The notes below the pieces were generated by a model that ran no database searches, had not been told where the DNA came from, and saw only the letters and a list, made by a program, of their open reading frames with translations. A stretch of 64,000 nucleotides of DNA from Terriglobales bacterium (GTDB lineage: Bacteria; Acidobacteriota; Terriglobia; Terriglobales; Acidobacteriaceae): the NCBI GenBank assembly GCA_035487355.1, contig DATHMF010000106.1:37173-101172 (forward strand). The letters are read 5' to 3'. Position numbers and translations under genes: made by a program. Position 1 is the first letter of the stretch. Each line of letters begins with the position of its first letter. Below are positions 17,689 to 26,300 of this stretch, in pieces.

Positions 17689-18462
17689 TTGATAGACTGC
17701 TGCATGCATTTTTTTACCCTGGCCCTGTTGCATTCACCGCGAATCGTTTTGCCTGAAGGTTTCACTCCCAGCCTGCAGATCTTGCTGCGCTGGATCCATC
17801 TGATCGCCGGCATCACCTGGGTGGGATTGCTCTACTTCTTCAACCTGGTCAACATTCCATTCATGAAAGAGATTGACGGCCCGACCCGATCCAAGGTCGT
17901 GCCTACGTTGATGCCGCGGGCGCTGTGGTGGTTCCGCTGGGCTTCGGTGGTGACCGTTCTCGCCGGGATCTGGTATTGGATGATGATCGTCGGCGCCGAT
18001 GCGCGTAATGCCCACACCAGCGGCGGGCCGGCCATTGGAACATTCTTCACAATCTGGACTGTAGCCTTCGCCATTGAAATGGGGGTACTCATGGCCCCGG
18101 TCGAGGCCCTGAAGAAAGGCCCGGTGTTGGGCACAATCGTTGGCGTTACGGTGACGGCAGCAGCGTATCTTTATCTGGCGCTGAACTCTCATGGGTGGGA
18201 GAGTAACCATCTGCTCTCCATCGGAATCGGCGGCGGAATTGGCTGGTTCATGTTGCTCAACGTCTGGGGGCTGCTGTGGCGGGCCCAGAAGAAGATCATC
18301 CGCTGGACCAACGAGAGCATTGCCAATCAAACCGCCATGCCGGCCGAAGCCGCGAAGCTGGCACGCCTCAGCTTTTTGGTCTCGCGGACCAATTTTGTTC
18401 TCACTTTTCCGATGTTGTTTTTCATGGCGGCGGCAAGTCATTATCCAATCTTCGGAGCATGA
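17689..18462 (+). CDS. Polytopic membrane protein, possibly related to the N-terminal membrane domain of urate hydroxylase PuuD (Urate_ox_N-like)
   Basis: It has about 6 hydrophobic helices. LLRWIHLIAGITWVGLLYFFNLVN resembles the conserved first helix of that family, from memory only. It starts 7 nt after the ku stop. Confidence 0.55.
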   Translation: MIDCCMHFFTLALLHSPRIVLPEGFTPSLQILLRWIHLIAGITWVGLLYFFNLVNIPFMKEIDGPTRSKVVPTLMPRALWWFRWASVVTVLAGIWYWMMIVGADARNAHTSGGPAIGTFFTIWTVAFAIEMGVLMAPVEALKKGPVLGTIVGVTVTAAAYLYLALNSHGWESNHLLSIGIGGGIGWFMLLNVWGLLWRAQKKIIRWTNESIANQTAMPAEAAKLARLSFLVSRTNFVLTFPMLFFMAAASHYPIFGA

Positions 18463-18533
18463 CGAATGTTCCTATTCCCGGATTCCGAGGCTCCCACCAC
18501 GCGTGCAGCGCGCGTAAAAAGCTTTAAAACCGA

Positions 18534-19505
18534 ATGCACCTGAAGCACCTCAAGCCCGTAATCACTCTCATGCTGATCACTCCGTTCCTAACGGAGGTGC
18601 TCACGACCAACGTGAGCATTACCACCATGCTGCACCCGAAGGTGCTGCTGGCGATGTTGACCATTGGTTATGGTTTCGCAGTATTGGTGTTGCGCGAACT
18701 CGCGATCAGGATGAAAGCAGGCGCGGCCAGCATGGTTCTGCTGGGGTTGATTTATGGGATGTATAACGAAGGGCTCATCGCGAAGACTTTTCTGCGCGTG
18801 CACGGAGTACCCATCAACAAGTTCGATGGCTATGGGCTGTACGGCGGAGTAGAGACGGCCTGGGCCATCTCCATCACTACGTGGCATGCCTTCTTCGCAT
18901 TCCTGTTTCCGATTGTGATTGTGTACAGTCTTTATCCGCGCGAAAGAGAAGAGCGCTGGCTGAATGGAACAGTGCTCGCAGTACTGGCTGCCATCACGCT
19001 ATTGATCAGCGGCCTTGTGTTTTTCGGCAAAGGCGACCATGGAGCAGGAATTGCAGGAACGCCCGGGCAATATCTTGCAATGGCTGCAGTCTCGGCGATG
19101 CTGTACCTGCTTGCAAGACGATGCTCCAAAATGGGAAACATAGTTCCTGAGGAACCTCACTCGCTCACACCAGCCATCGGGGGTTTTTGCTTGTGGCTGG
19201 CCGTGATCCTGGTTCCGACCTTGCTGGCTGCAGCCAAGATACCGATGGTGCTCTATGTTGCGTACTTTGGCGTGCTGGCATGGTATTTCTTTCGGCGCGT
19301 TGCCAAAAGCGGTGATATCGCACTCGGTAGCCTGCGCACCTTCGCTTTCGGAGGGCAGATTGCAGTAGCACTCTTCGCGCTGGTGGGGGCTTACAAGCAC
19401 CACAGCGTGGAGTCGGTTGTTTCCAGCTCCATCTTCATTATCGGCCTGGGCTATCTTCTTTTTCGACAAAGGCGTGGGGTTTCAGACAAAGCCCCCTGTT
19501 CGTAA
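18534..19505 (+). CDS. Polytopic membrane protein of unknown function
   Basis: 323 aa with about 8-9 hydrophobic segments. I recognise no motif. Confidence 0.6.
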   Translation: MHLKHLKPVITLMLITPFLTEVLTTNVSITTMLHPKVLLAMLTIGYGFAVLVLRELAIRMKAGAASMVLLGLIYGMYNEGLIAKTFLRVHGVPINKFDGYGLYGGVETAWAISITTWHAFFAFLFPIVIVYSLYPREREERWLNGTVLAVLAAITLLISGLVFFGKGDHGAGIAGTPGQYLAMAAVSAMLYLLARRCSKMGNIVPEEPHSLTPAIGGFCLWLAVILVPTLLAAAKIPMVLYVAYFGVLAWYFFRRVAKSGDIALGSLRTFAFGGQIAVALFALVGAYKHHSVESVVSSSIFIIGLGYLLFRQRRGVSDKAPCS

Positions 19506-19803
19506 ACAAACTGGCCACGCCAGCAAACCTCCGCGGCAGTCCGGCATCTAACTGTACACCTCGATTCAAAGTGCCCGAAGAGGTGGGATAAGCACAACAC
19601 GCCGATTGTGTTGGGAATCCCTACCCACGGGGGCCGTTCTGACTTGGCCGCGAATTGTTTCTTCCCTGTTGAGGGCGGCCATGACCACGGTTATCACGTC
19701 TTTGCAACGCAAAGATGATTAGGCTATTTCACTAATCCGTTGAGGAGTTGCGGCGATGTTGGTACGTGTGTGTTGGTCTTAAATTACCGTCCAAGGAGGA
19801 CAT

Positions 19804-20085
19804 ATGAACTGGAAGCTGTTGAGTTTCATGGGCTCACTCGTGATCGCAATTGTCGTACTCGCTCTGGCCTTCTCCACGCGGTCGAAGGCACAAACGGTTA
19901 CTCATGCTCCTGTCGCGTATGCGTACAAGGTCGAGCACATGAACAAGAACGCCAAAGATATGGATCGTATACTTAGCGACGATGGGAAAGAGGGATGGCG
20001 GGTTTGGCGTGTCGAGGCTGTCGGTACCTACCATAACGATCTTGTCTTCTTAATGGAGAGACCGGTAAACTCATCCACCAACTGA
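19804..20085 (+). CDS. Small membrane-anchored/secreted protein, DUF4177-like
   Basis: A strong SD (AAGGAGGA) lies 3 nt upstream. A signal/anchor (LLSFMGSLVIAIVVLALAF) is followed by YAYKVEHM...LSDDGKEGWRVWRVE...LVFLMERP, which resembles the DUF4177 pattern. Confidence 0.65.
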   Translation: MNWKLLSFMGSLVIAIVVLALAFSTRSKAQTVTHAPVAYAYKVEHMNKNAKDMDRILSDDGKEGWRVWRVEAVGTYHNDLVFLMERPVNSSTN

Positions 20086-20163
20086 GTTAAAAACTGAGTG
20101 TAACGCCGCCCGGTACGGCAGCATTCCGCTATAATGAAGGCTCAGCTTGTCCCGCCAGATTGC

Positions 20164-20256
20164 GGAGAGGTGGCCGAGTGGCTGAAGGCGGCGGTTTGCT
20201 AAACCGTTATACGGTCAAAAGCTGTATCGGGGGTTCGAATCCCCCCCTCTCCGCCA
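20164..20256 (+). tRNA. tRNA-Ser, anticodon GCU
   Basis: The acceptor stem pairs GGAGAGG with CCTCTCC. The anticodon loop is TTGCTAA. There is a long variable arm (TATACGGTCAAAAGCTGTATC), a T-arm GGGGGTTCGAATCCCCC, a discriminator G and an encoded CCA. Confidence 0.93.
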
Positions 20257-20289
20257 GATTCCCTTACAAGTCTTTGTTGTGAGAGGTCC

Positions 20290-20353
20290 CTCGCTTGCGC
20301 TCGGGATTTCGCCTGCAGGCTCCCGCTCCGCTCACGCTTGCAAGCGGCTCAAG
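20290..20353 (+). repeat. Interspersed repeat (GGATTTCGCCWGCAGGCTCCCGCTMCGCTCAC family)
   Basis: It is closely similar to 63214-63280 in the same orientation. Confidence 0.7.
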
Positions 20354-20458
20354 TTTGAATCCCCCCATGAAATGATGTAGAGTCACCACTTCTATTCAGA
20401 AAGGCAGCTTGCTAAGTTCCAACTCTGCTTTCATGCAGAGCCGGCCCAGAGCCCACAT

Positions 20459-21505
20459 ATGAAGAAGACCAAAAAGAACCGCCTTGCAAATGGAGTGGTT
20501 TCACTTCAAGACTTGGCAGAGCATGTGGGTTTGACCAAAGGAACGATATCTGCCGTTCTCAATGACTCACCGTCGGCCAGGACAATTCCCCAGCGCACCA
20601 AGCAGCGGATTTTCGCTGCCGCCCAAGAGCTGAACTACCGGCCTAATTTTTTTGCCCGCACTTTGCGCAGCGGGCGGACGTTCACCATCGGCGTGATTAC
20701 TGAGGAAATTGGCGACGCCTATGGCGGCATGGTCATCAGCGGTATCGAAGCCTTTCTCAGCCAGCACAAATATTTTTTCTTAACGGTAGCCCACCGCCAC
20801 GATCCTCACTGGCTGCAGCAGTATTTGGGTATTCTGCTGGCCCGGGGTGTGGAAGGTCTTATCACCGTAGACACAAGCCTCAAGGAAACCTTGCCCATAC
20901 CTGCGGTTGCCGTCGCTGGACATCGCCGCGTGAAAGGAGTTACCAACATCGTTCTGGACCACGCGCAAGCGGCACACCTGGCGCTGAATCATCTGGTGGA
21001 GCTAGGACATCGCGACATTGCCTTTCTTCGTGGGCAATCCTTCAGCTCGGACTCGGAAGACCGCTGGCGCTCCATTTGCGATGTCGCGCAGGAGCTGAAA
21101 ATCAAAATTCGGCCGGCACTGGCAGCGCAGCTTGACTCTGGCGAACCGTCTCCGCAGGTTGGGTATCGGCTCATCAAGGACTTGCTCTCGCGAGGACATA
21201 AATTCACCGCCCTGTTCGCTTACAACGATACCTCCGCTATCGGCGCTATCCGCGCCATTCGCGAGGCAGGGCTGCGTGTGCCTGAAGATATTTCTGTAGT
21301 GGGTTTTGACGATATCCGCGACGCTGCCTACCATCTCCCCAGCCTTACCACGGTTCGCCAGCCTCTTCGCAAGATGGGAGAGATTGCGGCACAAACGCTG
21401 GTGGAACGGATCGAAGGCCGCAAAGACTATCCTGACCAGATTGCTATTGAACCATCGCTGATTGTGCGCGAATCGACCGCTAAAGCAACTCCTCGTTCCG
21501 GCTAA
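20459..21505 (+). CDS. LacI-family transcriptional regulator
   Basis: The N-terminal HTH reads LQDLAEHVGLTKGTISAVLND, followed by AAQELNYRPNFFARTLR and a periplasmic-binding-fold body (SVVGFDDI). Confidence 0.9.
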   Translation: MKKTKKNRLANGVVSLQDLAEHVGLTKGTISAVLNDSPSARTIPQRTKQRIFAAAQELNYRPNFFARTLRSGRTFTIGVITEEIGDAYGGMVISGIEAFLSQHKYFFLTVAHRHDPHWLQQYLGILLARGVEGLITVDTSLKETLPIPAVAVAGHRRVKGVTNIVLDHAQAAHLALNHLVELGHRDIAFLRGQSFSSDSEDRWRSICDVAQELKIKIRPALAAQLDSGEPSPQVGYRLIKDLLSRGHKFTALFAYNDTSAIGAIRAIREAGLRVPEDISVVGFDDIRDAAYHLPSLTTVRQPLRKMGEIAAQTLVERIEGRKDYPDQIAIEPSLIVRESTAKATPRSG

Positions 21506-21591
21506 AGTCTTCTTATACAAAAATGGATTTATAGGCCATAATCACCCGGTTCGTTCAAGCTCAATATTCCGGTAGCAAAACGGAGGGGTGC

Positions 21592-23040
21592 ATGAGCACA
21601 GCGGTTAACACAATCTCATTCACGAAGGAGCAACCGGCAGTCGAGAAAATCTCGTTTAGGGAAAAAGTCGGATACGGGCTGGGCGATACGGCTTCGAACT
21701 TCTACTGGCAGATGTTTCTGAATTTCCTCCTGTTCTTTTACACTGACATCTTCGGGATCACGGCAGCGGCGGCGGGAACAATGTTTCTTGTGGTTCGAAC
21801 CTGGGACACGGGAATTGACCCGCTCATGGGGGTGATGGCCGATCGTACACACACGCGCTGGGGCCACTATCGCCCCTACCTGCTCTGGGGGGCGCTGCCC
21901 TTGGCCGTTATCGGCGTGCTCTTGTTCACCACTCCGAATCTGAGCGCGCATGGCAAGCTCATTTACGCCTACGTCACCTACAGTCTCATCATGGTGGCTT
22001 ACAGCTTCATCAACATACCGTACTCGGCGCTGATGGGTGTGATTTCACCCAACTCGCTGGAGCGCACCAGCGTCTCCAGCTATCGCTTTGTGCTCGCCTA
22101 TGGCGGGCTGTTCCTGGTGCAGGGGCTCACCCTGCCTATGGTGAAGTTCTTCGGTCGCGGCAATGATCAAAGGGGATTTCAGATGGCCATGGTGGTCTAT
22201 GGCATCCTGGCGGGTGCCCTCTTCCTGGTTACCTTCGCCACCACTCGCGAGCGCGTGCAGCCGGTCCAGCAAAAGACCAGCGCCATGAAAGACGACCTCA
22301 AGGACCTGATGCGGAACTTGCCATGGATTATGGTCTGCTTTATTGGCCTGTTTGCCGTTTGTTATTTCTCCATTCGCATGGGCGCGATCCTTTACTACTT
22401 TAAGTACTACGTTGGCAGCTATCATTTCGAGCACCGCGTCGCGGGTCACTCCTTCAACTATAGATTCGACAGTGGAAGCATGGCTTCCCTCTTTATGGCT
22501 CTGGGGACGGTGGGCGTCATCTCGGGCGCGGCCATGGCTCGTCCTCTAGCGCAGCTCTTGGGCGGCAAGAGACGGGCTTACATTCTCCTCATGACCACCG
22601 CGAGTGTTCTCACCGCCCTGTTTTATTTCATTCCCCGAGAGCAGATCATCCTGATCTTTGTAGTTCATTTGCTGATTTCGACATTGTTCGCGCCGACCTC
22701 GCCCTTGCTCTGGGCTTTTTACGCAGACACTGCCGACCACTCGGAGTGGAAGACAGGCCGAAGAGCCACCGGATTGGTATTCTCGGCAGCATCATTCTCC
22801 CAAAAACTCGGTTGGGTGATCGGCGGCACCCTGGCCGGGTGGCTGCTGGCCTATTTTGGGTTCCACGCTAACGTAATCCAAACCAACCAGGTGCAAACCG
22901 GGATTCGCTCCATGATGAGCTTCATCCCTGCGGTGGCTGGTTTTCTCTCTGCAGCCGCTGTTCTGTTTTACAAGCTCGACGATTCTTTCATGGTGAAAAT
23001 CGAACAGGAGCTGAAACAACGCAAAGGAGAGCAGCGTTGA
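21592..23040 (+). CDS. Glycoside-pentoside-hexuronide (GPH):cation symporter family transporter (MFS-like)
   Basis: KVGYGLGDTASNFYWQMFLNFLLFFYTDIFGI and DRTHTRWGHYRPYLLWGALP are classic MelB/YicJ-type motifs. About 12 TM segments. Confidence 0.88.
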   Translation: MSTAVNTISFTKEQPAVEKISFREKVGYGLGDTASNFYWQMFLNFLLFFYTDIFGITAAAAGTMFLVVRTWDTGIDPLMGVMADRTHTRWGHYRPYLLWGALPLAVIGVLLFTTPNLSAHGKLIYAYVTYSLIMVAYSFINIPYSALMGVISPNSLERTSVSSYRFVLAYGGLFLVQGLTLPMVKFFGRGNDQRGFQMAMVVYGILAGALFLVTFATTRERVQPVQQKTSAMKDDLKDLMRNLPWIMVCFIGLFAVCYFSIRMGAILYYFKYYVGSYHFEHRVAGHSFNYRFDSGSMASLFMALGTVGVISGAAMARPLAQLLGGKRRAYILLMTTASVLTALFYFIPREQIILIFVVHLLISTLFAPTSPLLWAFYADTADHSEWKTGRRATGLVFSAASFSQKLGWVIGGTLAGWLLAYFGFHANVIQTNQVQTGIRSMMSFIPAVAGFLSAAAVLFYKLDDSFMVKIEQELKQRKGEQR

Positions 23041-23161
23041 GCTCTTTAGACCGCTCAAGTTTGGTGGTAACCCGTTCTCAAATTGGGACTTTTGCCGCCA
23101 TTCCTCGTCGCGCATGGAATACTGCACCCTCACAGTTTCTTGCCGACAGATCAATATTCTC

Positions 23162-23190
23162 TTGACATCGTTCCTCAACCGTGGCTAAAT
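23162..23190 (+). promoter_or_regulatory. Candidate sigma70-type promoter for the GH81 gene
   Basis: A perfect TTGACA (23162-23167) is followed by a 17-nt spacer and CTAAAT (23185-23190), about 130 nt upstream of ATG 23322. The -10 element is weak and there is no experimental support. Confidence 0.3.
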
Positions 23191-23321
23191 ATCGCCGTTT
23201 TGCAAACGCCTCTACAAAATCGATAATGTAGTCGGTTTTGCTAAGCCTTACCAGATTTGACAGCAAGTGCCCGGCGCAAGATGCCCAGCATTTAAGCAAA
23301 CTCAATCTTAGGAGATTGGCC

Positions 23322-26300
23322 ATGGGATCACCTGTTCGTTTCAGATTGCAGGGCACGTTTCGATATTTCCTCTGCATGAATCTCTTGTTGTTTTCGGTAT
23401 CTCTTTGCGCCCAGACGGTGCAGGTCGGTGCGGGAAGTTACACCACAGCCTTACCTGCCGGCGCAACCGCTCCCTCGAACCAGATCTTCAGCAGTGTTGC
23501 CGGCCCCAAGCCCACGCACAGGTTTTGGACGGCAAAAAACTGGTATGCCGATAACATCATCAACGGCGGTGTTACCTTCGGCGGAGGCGGAGGCGGTCCC
23601 TTCGTCATGTTTCCGCAACCGTTGGGTATGCAGACCACACCCACGGGATTATTGCTGGGTTTCGACGCCACCGTCACAAATGGAGGCACGTTCTTTTTCC
23701 AGCCCTTTGAAGGCGACCTCACTCTTGGGGTAACCGGCTTAAATGCCGGCAGCGTCAACGTAAGTGGCTACAGCGATTGGACGGTAGATTTCAATTTCGG
23801 TCCGATGACAACGCGAGTCGGACGCGGTATGCCGTTTGTTTACGTTACGACCAACGGCAGCAATCCCACGATCACATTTGCCGGGCAGCCTACCGTATTT
23901 GCGAATAATGGCAACATCCTGGGCGTCAGCATAGCCAATAACAACTACGGTCTTTTTTGTCCGAGCGGTGGAAGCTGGAGCGGAATCGGCGGCACCGTGC
24001 TCACCTGCAATCTCCCGGGCGGACACAATTATTTTTCCCTGGCACTTTTGCCCAATGCCGGCGCTCTGAGCACATATTCTCAGTTTGCATTTTCCTTCCC
24101 GGTAAATACTCAAGTGGCCTGGAACTATAACCCGAACACCAGCCAGGTAAGCACCACTTACACAGTAAGTACGCAAGCAAAAGAGGGGGGCCAGACTGGT
24201 TTCCTCATGGCTCTATATCCGCATCAGTACACTGCGTTGCAGGGCAGCGCCATTAATACCAGCTTTACGTATCCTTCAAGCCGGGGCACGCTCAAGGTTC
24301 TGCAGGGCACCGCGTTTACCACGACGGATATCTTCCACGGCATTCTGCCCTTCTTGCCCAATACGGGAAATTTCAGCGATGCTACGCTTACTTCGTTGGT
24401 TGACACGGTTGCTAACGAACCCAACCACTTTACCGTCAGCCAAAGCGGAGGCGGCACCAATACCTACGACATTGGCAAAGACCTGGCCCGGGTCGCCCAC
24501 CTGCTCCCCATTGCCAAGGTTGCCGGCGATACTAACGCTGCCAGTAGTTTGCAGACCAGTCTGCAAAACGAATTGCAGAACTGGTTCAACGGCGCCGCCA
24601 ATCATCAGAACACCAGCGTGTTCTACTACGACGGCAACTGGGGAACTCTCATCGGATATCCCGGCGCCTTCGGGAGCGACGTGGCATTGAACGACCACCA
24701 TTTTCATTACGGATACTGGATTCACTCCGCAGCCATCGTTGGTTTGCTGAACCCTACCTGGATTCAATCGAACAATTGGGGTGGAATGGTCAACCTGCTG
24801 GGCCGTGATATCGCTACGCCTGTGCGCAATGACGCCATGTTTCCGTTCCTGCGCCACTTCGATGTCTACGGCGGGCATTCGTGGGCTTCGGGCCAGGCGC
24901 CTTTCGGCGATGGACTCAATCAAGAATCCAGTTCTGAAGCCATGAATGCCTGGACCGGCTTGATCTTGTTTGCGACCGAAACCGGCAACACCCAGCTTCG
25001 GGATGCTGCCATCTGGATGTACACGCAAGAAACCAACGGCATCTTCGATTATTGGTTCAATGACGGTCCGGTGTCCACGTTCCCTCCGGGATTCACCCGG
25101 ACGGAAATCGCCAATGTATTTGACGGTAAATCAGACACGGGAACATTTTTTAGCGGGCAAATCGAACTGGAACATGGAATCGAGTTTCTGCCATTTCACG
25201 GGGGCTCGCTCTATCTGGGCCGCGACCCAGCTTACATCCAAAGGAATTTAGCGGAAATCAAAAACCTTGATCCGAATGCCTTTGCTGCAGGCAGCGTAAA
25301 TTGGCCCGATCTGATCGAAGAATATCAAGCTCTGTCTGATCCAAATACAGCGCTTAGCGAGTTCAATAACACTTCGTTTGTCTTCGATGGCGAAAGTAAG
25401 GCCCACGAATACTACTGGATCACTCAATTGCAAAAGCTGGGCCAATCGGATGAAGCGGTAACCGCCAATACGCCGCTCTATCACGTGTTCAAGAACCCCG
25501 CCACCGGCGCAGTCACCCATGCCGCATTTAATCCTGGAACAAGCGCGATCACGGTGAACTTCTCTGACGGAGCCAGTCTCTCCGTTCCTCCGGGAAGTAT
25601 GCGAAGCGAGTTCGGCACTACGACGATCGGCTCCGGTGGTACCAGTAGCGCAGATTTCTCGTTGTCGGCAGCGCCGGCATCGCAAAGTGTGACCGCCGGG
25701 AGTAGCGCCAGTTACACAATCACGGTTGGCGCGCTTAACGGCTTCAGCAGCAGCGTGGCTCTCACAGCCAGTGGCCTGCCTACGGGTGCAACCGCCAGCT
25801 TTACTCCGGCTTCGGTGAACGGTTCGGGCTCATCCACGCTTGCAGTTTCCACCAGCAGCACGACTCCAGCGGGCAGTTTCACGCTGACCATCACGGGAAC
25901 TAGCGGTAGCCTGACGCATACGGCGATGGTGACACTGATTGTCAATCCAGTACAAGGCCAGTGTCTGACCTCAGGGACCACCTGGCAGAACACGACGCTG
26001 CCGGTCGAGACCGGGAGCTTTACGGTCACCTTCGATGCCACGCCTTCGCGCTCTTCGGCCACATCGCCTATCAATAGCGTGATCGCGCTTTCCAATGGAG
26101 CACAGACCGCCTTCACGGGTTTTGCCACCCTGGTGGCGTTTAACGCCAATGGCATCCAGGCACGCAATGGCGGAACGTTCACAGCGGCCTCGGTCATTCC
26201 CTACACCGGGGGAGTGGCCTATCACTTCCGCGAGGTTATCAACGTTCCGGCACACACGTATTCGATCTTTGTGACAGCACCCGGCGGCGCGGAGCAGACA

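Noticed and set aside
20353-20366. Possible att-site scars of a tRNA-Ser-integrated island. GTTTGAATCCCCCC lies 100 nt after the tRNA (compare the T-arm GTTCGAATCCCCCC). GATCCCCCCTCT at 28098-28109, at the left edge of the A/T-rich island, resembles the tRNA 3' end AATCCCCCCCTCT.
   Set aside because: The matches are only 9-14 nt long and include a mismatch or indel. The first copy is too close to the tRNA to delimit an island. No integrase or excisionase is present anywhere in the window. The second match also falls inside the right arm (28095-28104) of the 28052-28104 hairpin. This is worth a BLAST check but cannot be supported from the sequence alone.
23196-23208. CGTTTTGCAAACG just downstream of the TTGACA-N17-CTAAAT promoter candidate could be a LacI operator for the GH81 gene.
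   Set aside because: Only the central 8 bp (TTTGCAAA) are truly palindromic. The centre is GC rather than the CG typical of LacI-family operators. 8-bp palindromes are expected many times by chance in 64 kb.
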